Positions 11,038-20,000 of a stretch of 20,000 bases of DNA are shown piece by piece. Origin of the DNA: Mesotaenium endlicherianum (taxonomy: Eukaryota); the NCBI GenBank assembly GCA_009602735.1, contig WELA01003159.1, positions 440,251-460,250 on the forward strand, written 5' to 3'. The notes beneath the pieces are model-generated. The model was not told where the DNA came from. It ran no database searches and worked only from the letters and a program-made list of their open reading frames with translations. Both the position numbers and the translations under genes were made by a program. Position 1 is the stretch's first letter. Each line of letters opens with the position of its first letter.

Positions 11038-12568
11038 GCACATTTTGCCAAGAAGCAGAAGGGAGTGGAGGAACGAAAGGAGAAGAGAAGGAAGAGCGCA
11101 AAGGAGAGGGAGTTCCCAAGGCCACCGGAATGCCAGGATGCCCTGTTTCTGTCGACACTTAGGAGATTTTCTCTCATTGTATCATAGAAAACCCAACAAG
11201 GGATTCCGCTCAAAAGAAGTAGAGAAGTTGCAGAATAGAATCTGATAGGAATTCTAGCGCAATCTGGACCAAACACCACAAACGTGCGAAGAGCACATAA
11301 AAAGGTGAGTACTGTATTAATTTCCAAGTTCTCAGAAGTCCCAATTATTGAATTGCTGATAGCAAGAGCAGGATTAGCAAGCAAAGCCCTCAGTGAAGAG
11401 CTGAGTGAGCCCAGCCAGCAGTGGAAAATTGCTAGGCGCGATTTTGAGCTCAAGTCAAGCCGGCATAGACGCTATAGTTTCAGAGTGTTGTAAGCTGTGA
11501 CTTTGTGAAAGTTAAGCGAAAGCCCTGGTGGGCGATTTTCTCTAAAACTTGGTGTTGTGTGTTGATCTGCTTAGACATGATTTTACAAATTAGAATTTGT
11601 TCATTTGTGTAATCCTCAACTTGGGCAAAAGCCTATTTGGAAGTAAGACGCTTCTGTCCTTGTAAGCGGAACCAAAAAGTAGAAAAAACTTTTTGAAATT
11701 TGCTAAGTCCTGGATAAGGAAGTAGAGGAGGACAAGCTCAGTGTGAAAACACTAAGTGCTAACCCTCTCACTGAATGGTAAAGTGCAGGAAAACCAAAAA
11801 ATGGTCCATCGCAGTTCGCCTGCCACCGACACACGTGCAAAGGGCGATCGACCAGGTTGATTTCCCCACGTGCAGAGATGCACCAACCAGTCGACCATGG
11901 ACAGCCCGCACACAAGGACCATTGACACATCGACCAGGTCGACGACACACGTGCTAGAAAGCCACGCACGTGTCCAGGTCCCGATGCCATTAGGCACGAC
12001 ACAAAGCTACGGAAAGTAGACTCTAGTAATAAAAAGTAAGCAGTAAACTTTAGTTGGTCAGATCATAGTTTGTGTTGAGACATCTAAGCTTGTCTTCAAT
12101 TTACGTTTTTGAAGAGACTTGTGGCATCTTAAGGGGGGGTTCAAGAAGAACGTGACTATTCACTTGCAGAGAATAAAAAGATGTCCATATTTTTTATGTT
12201 TGAGGGCGAAACCGATGTAATTCGGCATTAGACGGGCAACTTAAACGTCTTGCACAAAGCTAGGGGTAAGGTGGGGTATGGAGACTAGACTCGCAGGGTA
12301 CGTCACTAAAGAATGGCAATGAGTGGCAGATAGGCACTCATTTGTCCGAGCTAGGCCGATGCTTATAATCGTACTCGTATATCAATTTTAATAAAAAATA
12401 CACAAACTACGTACGTACTTTGGATTACAACAAAAATACGTACGACACATGTTGACTTAATCACGATATTGATTTCCTGTCAGATATTGTGCGCCAGAAA
12501 GGTCCATACGAGAGCAGACCCTAAACGTATTTTTTCCATATTTTGTAAATATTATGAGTGAAGCAGGT

Positions 12569-13199
12569 TTGCCGCGACTGTTATCAGTTTGCCGGCGCCG
12601 CATGCGTGACGCAAGTCACGACCTCCCTGGTACGGAATGTTGACGTTGACTCATCAACCAAATGGCTGACCTTTGTGTAGTCAAAATTGAAAGTCGAAGT
12701 CCAAGTCACACAAAAACGTGACAGTGATAGGTCACAACCGACACTCAGTGATGGGTGGGGTTTGACTGTCAAGTCAACTGAGAAGCTGACTATACTGAGA
12801 CCAGCAAACGGTCCACACCAGCAGACGCCATGTCAGGTGTCGCTGGCCGAGCAGCCACCCTGGCAAGTGCCAAGTCAGGATGAGCTGCGTGGATTGGCTA
12901 CATCAAACCTGGATCTGTGAGGTAGCAGCCACGACTTGAGCTGCCACCTCCAAGGGCATGGGCTCGATGGCCACATAGGCGTGTATTTAACTGAAAGGAC
13001 AAGCAATCACGTGCGACAGTCACAAAACATGCATGCATGCTAAGGGACGTCAAAAAACTTAAACTATCACGAGGGATAGTTGCAAGCTTGCATGCATACT
13101 GACGCTGTGACTAAGCGTTGGTATTCTTGAGAGAGAATAGCGTGCTTGATGCTTGGGTAAGGCACGAGCCTTGCACAAATGGACATTATTCTTGCCCTC
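12569..13199 (+). repeat. Dispersed repeat copy B, ending abruptly at the candidate LTR
   Basis: Same shared blocks as copy A, with roughly 75 extra bp near 13000-13090. Similarity stops at TTCTTGCCCTC (13199), just before TGTTGTAACAG. Confidence 0.85.
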
Positions 13200-13202
13200 T
13201 GT

Positions 13203-14977
13203 TGTAACAGTGGCCGTCGGCGGACGCTAGGCATCGACACCCCTAATCTACACAAGTGCGGAAATAGCATGGACTTGCTAACCTAAGTGCTGTGGATAAA
13301 AACTCCCCCTATTAGGGGGAAAAGCCCACAGCTTATGAGATGTAAATGAAAAAGAATACGAGAGGTCTGAACTTGGCACCACTGGGCAACTGAGCAGCTA
13401 CAAAGTACTAACTAGAGAGCAAAAAATGAGCTATGAAAACCTCGTAAACAAGCTATGGCGGAGTAGTACCACCTAGAGCGTGAGTGCACGAACCCACTAT
13501 GTTGAGCAAACTACTAGTGGAAAGCTATGTTATGGCCGCGAGAAAGAATGGGGTGTTCGCGACTAAATGTGAGGGGTGATGAACACTACGAGCGACCTAC
13601 ACATAGAAGTGAGAAAAACAAGAGTGGATAAGCACACACTACGAGCATTTAGTCACATAGAACAAATATAATCTCACTCATAAGAACGAACATACAAAAC
13701 TAACACCGAAATGGTGTTAGCTCGCGGCCTAGGTAGCACGCTCTCGAATGCTATGCCCAGTGCATACGAAAACTCGCCAAACTCTAAACTCTACGATGAA
13801 CGCGTCATCGCGTCATCTCACATAAATCCACAATAAACTAAATTTGGAAAAGAAAAGAATCTAGTGGTCGACACACACACGTACAACTCAATGACTATGG
13901 CCAAAAGGGAACCCGGCACCCCAATGTCCCCTACTCTCCCTAACCCCTAGCAATCTTTGGGCATACCCATGGGGATTGCCAATGGTACAGTGATGATCTA
14001 GCCATGGACCATGGGGGATCCCCCAAGGTACTCGCGCCGACCCTTCAGGCGAGCGAACCTGAGAGTCGACCTCCACACATGTGGGCGGCAACACCATGTG
14101 TAGAGGTAAAGAGAGTGCGCGTGATCTGGGAAGGGCCTCACAGTTGCTCAAAAGCAGAACCTCGTGAGCAGATCCTGGGTCCCAGGGTTCACCACCAGGG
14201 CACATAGACTAGACCATCCTCACCTACCGCCCTAACCCAACTAACCAATAGAGCCCGCATGAAATGAATCGACTTACCAAATAAGCGATTAACAATTAAT
14301 AAAGATCTTTATATCAGCAAGTAATCTTATGGTATTTCCGTTAACTAGTTAAACGGCAAAGGACAATACACTAGCAGGGGATAATACTCGTAAGTCAAAT
14401 GCGAGTAAACTAGCATCAATGATGCAAATCAGTAAACTCATATATAAGCAAGGTTAGAAGACAGTGCGTATCAATGGCTTTTCGCCTTGGATTCAGAGTT
14501 CTCTCAGTAAGCTGTACAAGAGAGTTGGCCTCGTTTCCGAATGCCGAACTCGAGAGCAATGCCTAGCATATGTACATGGGATGAGTTTACTGTTCAACGG
14601 TCAGTGCGATGGCACCGCCTACCCGGGAGTTAACCACGTTGGTAGGACCTCGGTTAACCAAATCCACCGCCATCTCCCATCATCCCGAATAGCCATCCAT
14701 CATAGGGATGTCATCTGGCCATTCATCTAGCATACCACACTTAGATGCATATCGAGGCAGTTCGCTGCTACCGAGTACGGAAGTCAGCTGGCTGTCAAAG
14801 AATGTGTCAGCAAGCTGACTTAAGTTGACTTCAGCCTGCTGCTTCCGGCTGAGTCATTAAACTGATATTAATGTAAAGTCCAGCAGACTGACTATTAACT
14901 AAAGTTCAGCAGGCTGAACTTAATTAACTATTTATATTTAAATGAATATCATATCCACTAATATACTGATCATTACA
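13203..14977 (-). mobile_element. Candidate 3' LTR (~1.8 kb) of the gypsy element
   Basis: Begins TGTAACAG at 13203, within a few bases of where repeat B is interrupted, and ends ATTACA at 14977 next to the N gap, giving TGTAA...TTACA inverted termini. Non-coding, several hairpins. The second LTR is outside the window, so this is unverified. Confidence 0.5.
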
Positions 14978-15046
14978 NNNNNNNNNNNNNNNNNNNNNNN
15001 NNNNNNNNNNNNNNNNNNNNNNNNNNNNNNNNNNNNNNNNNNNNNN
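14978..15046. other. Assembly gap (run of N)
   Basis: N bases; true size and contiguity across the gap unknown. Confidence 0.99.
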
Positions 15047-15097
15047 CTGACCCTGACCAGCCTCCCCTACNACGGACTGTCTTTTCAGCCTGTCACC

Positions 15098-16774
15098 TTA
15101 AGGGGTTGTTCCTGGGGCTTCAGGGTCAGGAGACGGAGATCTGGACCTAGATCTGAACAGCCCTCTAGGTCTGTCAGCTGGCCTTGTAAAAAACCCTGTT
15201 TGCTCTAAAGTTGGCCCTCGAGGAGAACGGAGGATGGTGGCCTGCTCTTCAACTATTTGGGTGTTGATTCCCACATAGACAGGCATTCCAGTAGGATGCT
15301 GAAATACATTGGCTAGAGGTACATGCCCCTGAGCGGAGGGGGAGGCTGGCATACCTCTGGCCCACCCGCGTGTCCCTCTTCTGGCACCCCTGTCCTCTGG
15401 GGATTTCTGTCTGTGTCTGCTGCCCAGTACCGTCAGATCAGCTTCTTCCCCTGCTTGGGCAGGTGGGCTGGGGGAGCGAGCGCGGGGTCCAGTTGTCGCC
15501 ATAACGGGGATCACATTCCACACACCTGATCGTGGTTCTTTAGGAAGTGCCACTGCCTGTCCCTGGGTATCCTGAGTACCTGCTGCTGATGCTTCTCCTC
15601 TGCCTTGTTCTTCTTCCTCATCCTCCTCATCCTCCTCCTCGGAGAGAGTAGGGGTCTCGTCCACTAAGTCGTCCTGCTCCCTAGTAGACATGGAGTAGTC
15701 TACCGACCTCCCTTTCTTAGGGCGCGCTGGAGGTTGCTTGGCCTTCAGCCTACTGATATCTATCCGGCCTGCATTCTTTGCCCATTTGACAAAGGCATGC
15801 TTTCCCTTAGAGAAGTACTCTCTTCCCCTCCTCCTATGTTCCTTGGTCTCTGCATTCATATTGCTCAGGCATCCATTCAGCCTGGGGTCCCAAGGGGCAA
15901 TGTGAGGTGGTAGGATGAGATAGCCGTCTAGGCCATAGTGGAAGTCATCCGGTTGGGCTCGGTCACACTCCTGCTTCTTATTTGTGACGGTCATCCACCT
16001 CCAGTCTGTTGGCTGCTGGTAGTACTGGGGTCCGTGCTCAGCCTTCCTCAGTTTACACGGGAACCAGTGGGGAGAGAACATCTGCTGTCCTGCTTCCCTG
16101 GCCAAGTACTCCCAGCTCCTTCTCTCAACTTCATTGTAAGCTGGCAGGAGTGTGAGGTAGAATACCGTATCCTTAAAGCTATCGGGCCGCATGCTCACCA
16201 TCCGGATGAGTCTCTGATCTCCCACTATTCCCGGTATGGGGACCGGCTTGTCCTCTGAATCATCTGCGAGATACCGGGCCTGCTCTGCTGTATAGCCCAC
16301 CATCTTAGCATAATCTTCGTAAAGGACCACGCCGGTGTGTGTCTCGATGTACCTGTCCAGTGCTGTAGCTCCTTCCTTCTGTAGCAGTGTTGTCTGTTCC
16401 AGCCTGTTGATCTCCTGGGCTGCCAGCAATGCTTCCTTCAGGTTATCGAAGTTTTGGCCACCCACCACAGTATACCTGTAAGTGGCCAAGCTCTTCTGTC
16501 TGTCCGCTTCAATCTTTTTTCTTTTCTCCTCTTCTGCCGCTGCCGCTTCTTCTTGCTGTTTCTTCTGTCTCTCCTCCTCAGCCTTCCTGAGGTTTTCCGC
16601 TTCCTGATCCTTCTTCCTCTGTGCCTCTTCTGCCGCCTCTTGTTGCTTGCGGACCCTTTCTTGTTCTCTCCTGGTGAGGGACGTCGCCGCCAGCTCCTTC
16701 TGGTATTGCTCCATTGTCCTCCTGGCTTCTTCTGCCTTGCGCTTTCTGTCCTCCTTTTGTGTGGTGGGCGCCAT
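15098..16774 (-). CDS. Uncharacterised 558-aa extra ORF downstream of pol (coiled-coil N-terminus, aromatic-rich central domain, acidic/disordered C-terminus)
   Basis: Uninterrupted 1677-bp frame from ATG at 16774 (MAPTTQKEDRKRKAEE...). K/E/Q/R-rich first ~100 aa, W/Y/F-rich middle, EEEDEEDEEEE tract and RSRSRSPSP near the end. No family recognised. Confidence 0.8.
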   Translation of the reverse strand: MAPTTQKEDRKRKAEEARRTMEQYQKELAATSLTRREQERVRKQQEAAEEAQRKKDQEAENLRKAEEERQKKQQEEAAAAEEEKRKKIEADRQKSLATYRYTVVGGQNFDNLKEALLAAQEINRLEQTTLLQKEGATALDRYIETHTGVVLYEDYAKMVGYTAEQARYLADDSEDKPVPIPGIVGDQRLIRMVSMRPDSFKDTVFYLTLLPAYNEVERRSWEYLAREAGQQMFSPHWFPCKLRKAEHGPQYYQQPTDWRWMTVTNKKQECDRAQPDDFHYGLDGYLILPPHIAPWDPRLNGCLSNMNAETKEHRRRGREYFSKGKHAFVKWAKNAGRIDISRLKAKQPPARPKKGRSVDYSMSTREQDDLVDETPTLSEEEDEEDEEEEQGRGEASAAGTQDTQGQAVALPKEPRSGVWNVIPVMATTGPRARSPSPPAQAGEEADLTVLGSRHRQKSPEDRGARRGTRGWARGMPASPSAQGHVPLANVFQHPTGMPVYVGINTQIVEEQATILRSPRGPTLEQTGFFTRPADRPRGLFRSRSRSPSPDPEAPGTTP

Positions 16775-16775
16775 C

Positions 16776-16883
16776 CTGCACATGTAACCAGGGCACAAGT
16801 TAGTAGGATATGGACCTTTGTCATAGGGATTGCAGGAAGTATGTTAGTATTTAGTATAGTGGCTTCGCTGCTGTTTACCTTAC
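16776..16883 (-). promoter_or_regulatory. Splice signals upstream of the extra ORF (branch points, acceptor, candidate donors)
   Basis: Minus strand: GTAAGG (16883) or GTAAAC (16878) donor candidates, TACTAAC at 16849-16843 and 16805-16799, and TGCAG|GATG acceptor ending at 16776, one base before the ATG. Confidence 0.65.
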
Positions 16884-16975
16884 AGGATGATTGCTAAAAG
16901 TTGACGTAGTTGCGATGCGCTACACATAAACGTATGAGTGTGTTTTTATCGCTCTCGCTCACTAACTGTCATATA

Positions 16976-16986
16976 TTTTCCCCTCC
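16976..16986 (-). other. Polypurine tract candidate (GGAGGGGAAAA) just after pol
   Basis: Minus strand TTTAAGTTGGAGGGGAAAATATATGACAG, ~55 nt after the pol stop; position and composition fit a gypsy PPT. Confidence 0.5.
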
Positions 16987-17041
16987 AACTTAAATGGAGA
17001 CAGGACCGCCTGTCACCTTCCCGTGTCAACTGAAATGACAG

Positions 17042-20000
17042 TTATGGAGGGACTCCAGCGGCCCGAAGGTGGAACCGTGTCAACGCCCCTTTGGCATTGG
17101 TCAAGTGGTCCTTAAACTCCCAAGTGTCCCCAGAGGCATCGTAACCCTTCCATCGAATGAGGTATTTCATGACATATTTAGACGATCGACGGACCGAGCG
17201 AGCGTCTAAAATCTCATCGACCTCATATTCCTCAGGGTCGCCGTCCCGGACAGCGGGGACCGGTCCCGGTTGGACAGGGAACCGACCTGTGAACAGTGTA
17301 TCACCTTTGATGTACGGTTCCAGGAAGGAGACATTAAAGACCGGGTGCCCCTTGTATTCAGCTGACATGTTCAGTTTGTAAGCATTCTGACCGACACGAC
17401 GGACCACCGAATATGGACCGACCCAGACAGGGCCAAGCTTTTTCTTGACCACACCAGGGAGGTACAGGTGCTGAGAATGCAGTTTGACTAAATCCCCCTT
17501 GGAAAATGTCAGTTCCCGACGGTGTTGATTAGCGTATTTTTGTTGGTTTTCTTGGGCCGTGTGCAAGTTTCGTTGGACTTCTGACAGGGTGTCAGCAAAC
17601 TCCTGAGTTAACTGGAGGGAGACCGGGTTGTCAATCCCTTCAGGGTGAGTTAAAGATTCCCCTAGCACATCTAGAGGAGACTTAGGGACTCTACCCAGGC
17701 TGAGTTCAAAAGGAGTTTTGCCCGTTGACGCGTGCACCGCACTGTTGACCGCAAACTGAATTTGAGGCAACAGGTCATCCCAATTATCTTGTTTTTGGTT
17801 AATATATGCTCTCAGCACCTCCTGCAGAACTCGGTTAGTTCTTTCAGTCTGCCCATCAGTCTGAGGGTGGTTTGCTGTGCTGAGCAGCTGTTTGACTCCC
17901 ATTAACCCCATTAAAGCTCTCCAGAACTTAGAGGTGAATTTTGAGTCTCTGTCTGAGATGATATTAGAAGGGAGCCCATGTTGGCATACTACATGGTTGT
18001 AAAACTGTCTCGCTGTTTCGAGTGCAGTCACTTTGACAGTTGTGGGGATAAAAATGACCATTTTTGTCAGTTTATCCACGACTACCAGTATTGAATCATG
18101 CCCGTTGGCAGTTCTTGGTAGTGAGACCACCCAGTCCATGGATATAGTTTCCCAGCGTCCCGCTGGGATGGGTAGCGGTTGCAAGAGACCTCCGGGTGGT
18201 GTGTGCCGAGACTTATTTCTCTGACACTGGTCACAGGACTTGACATATTTCAAGACCTCCCGGGGTAACCCCTCCCAATGATAATGTTTTGCCAGTTTGC
18301 CAACAGTTTTGGCCTGCCCCAAATGTCCACCCAGGAGACTGTCATGAGCTTGACTCAGTAAGAGAGACCTTATTTCCAAGTTATTAGGAATGACCAGCTT
18401 CAGCCTGCCTGAAGTGGTTTCAGTCACCCAGACCCCTCCCTTGAGCTTATACCCGAGTGCAGTAGCACGACACACACCAGTAGTGGGGCTGGGCTCAAAT
18501 GTTGGGTCAGAAAGGTAGGCTTTCCTAAGTTGTTCAAGGAAGGACTTTTTCACCTTTAGTGAAGTGAGTGCACACAGGACTTTATCTACAGTATGCTGAC
18601 TAAAGTTCCTTTCTTGCAAGTCAGGTCTTCTAGAGAGTGCATCAGCAGGATTCAACTTCCCTGGTTTGTAGTCGATCTGGACTTGGAACTGCTCCAGCAT
18701 CTGGCTCCAGCGGTTCTCCCTCCTCGACAGCTTGGACTTCTTCTGAAAGTGGGTCAGAGCTAGATGATCTGTAATCACCTTAAAAGCTTTACCATGTAAG
18801 TATGCTCTCCACTGTTTGAGTACATGAATGATAGCTAGCAGCTCTTTATCATGCACTGAGTAATTAATCTCCGCTGGATTAAATTTCATAGACTCATACA
18901 ACACAGGATGCCACTCCTGCCGTACCTTACCATCCTTTGTGGTTTTGTCAGCAGGCTGCAACAAAATAGCACCCATGGCAAAATCAGAGGCATCAGTAAC
19001 CACCTGCACCGGTTTGCTGGGGTCATACACGGCTAGCACTGGGGCAGAACAAAGGGCATCTTTAAGGGTCTGGAAGGCAGCCTGCTGCTCTTCCCCCCAC
19101 ACATACCCGATGTCTTTCTTAGTAAGGTCAGTCAGTTTACTGGCCTTTGTGGAATAATTCTCAATAAATCTCCTATAGTAGTTAGCCAACCCGAGGAAGG
19201 ATCTAACTTCAGAGACAGACTGTGGTACTGGCCAGTCCCTTATGGTCTGGACTTTCTTAGGATCCACACTGATGCCCTCTTTGCTGACAACGTGGCCTAA
19301 GAATTCAACACTTTGCTTAAAGAAATCACACTTGCTCATCTTAGCATACAAGTGATTTTTCCGCAGAGTGTCCAGCACTTTCTTTAAGTGTTCAGCGTGC
19401 TGAGCTTCATCTTTAGAGAAAATTAAAATATCATCCAGGAAAACTTGCACAAACTTATCCAAATAAGGCCTGAAAATGTCATTCATAGCACCCATAAAGG
19501 TAGCAGGAGCATTAGTCAGTCCAAATGGCATCACGTTGAACTCATAGTGTCCATAACGTGTGCGGAAAGCAGTCTTGTGTTCATCCCCCTCAGCAATTCT
19601 GATTTGATGATAACCACTCTTGAGATCTATCTTACTGAACACCTTAGCGCCAGACAGGGTATCAAGCAAGTCCTCGATTCTAAGTAAAGCATACTTGTTC
19701 TTTACTGTAATTCTGTTCAGGGCTCTGTAATCCACACACATCCGCATACTGCCATCCTTTTTCTTACAAATAGGATAGGTGCGCCGTACGGTGATTTACT
19801 GGGAGAAATGTAACCATTTTCCTCCAGCTCTGCAATCTGTGTTTTCAACTCCTCACTCTCCAAATAAGACAAGCCATACGTGCGTTGCCAGGGTGGCTGG
19901 CTACCAGGTACTAAATCAATCCTATGATCTACTTCCTGCTTAGGGGGTAGTCCTGGAGGCATATTAAACACATCCGTGTACTGAGCAACAATGTTTGCAG
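17042..20000 (-). mobile_element. pol: Ty3/gypsy chromovirus pol (RT - RNase H - integrase - chromodomain), 5' end beyond the window, one frameshift at ~19758-19762
   Basis: [12 protein letters not shown].., [41 protein letters not shown]. RNase H: TDASD, DKELLAI, TDH, ADALSR. Integrase: H-x6-H...CDQC zinc finger, MDWV/SDRD/QTERTN DDE triad, GPY motif. C-terminal chromodomain EYEVDEIL...YLIRWKGY...TWE. RT-RH-IN order is gypsy. Confidence 0.97.

Noticed and set aside
10877..12002. ORFs of 60-167 aa in the repeat region
   Set aside because: No domain motifs or coding signal; they lie in LTR-like non-coding sequence.
14783..14921. Periodic palindromes, or the 43-bp duplication at 10310, as a CRISPR array
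   Set aside because: Units are too short or degenerate, spacers only ~12 bp or absent, the context is eukaryotic and there are no cas genes.
15098..16774. Extra ORF as a retroviral-type env or as gag
   Set aside because: No signal peptide, transmembrane segment or CCHC zinc knuckle; it lies 3' of pol, whereas gag would be 5'.
16438..16897. Alternative-frame ORFs, including the hydrophobic 147-aa + strand ORF 16454..16897
   Set aside because: The antisense of GAA/AAG-rich coiled-coil codons automatically gives L/F-rich frames; an artefact.
19425..19450. RT active site FLDD instead of YxDD as an inactivating change
   Set aside because: F at this position is common in plant and algal gypsy reverse transcriptases.

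Overview
Eukaryotic DNA with GT-AG introns and a GC-rich gene in lower-GC, repeat-rich flanks, most plausibly from a streptophyte green alga (inference). Left half: one multi-exon + strand gene (~2344-7538) for an RKD-type RWP-RK transcription factor. It has a plant RKD5-like N-terminal segment, a long low-complexity linker, an atypical RWPHRM (not RWPHRK) signature and the RKD-specific [10 protein letters not shown] motif. Middle (~8.2-13.2 kb): decayed repeats, including two diverged copies of a ~550-630 bp element. Right: the 3' part of a minus-strand Ty3/gypsy chromovirus (RT, RNase H, integrase, chromodomain; one frameshift). Downstream of pol it carries an intact, unrecognised 558-aa ORF preceded by a textbook branch point and splice acceptor, then an assembly gap and a candidate ~1.8 kb LTR (TGTAA...TTACA) containing a ~24-bp-periodic array of TCAGC-NN-GCTGA palindromes. 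The extra ORF plus the palindrome array is the best candidate for an undescribed system. All family assignments are from motif recognition by eye; no searches were run.
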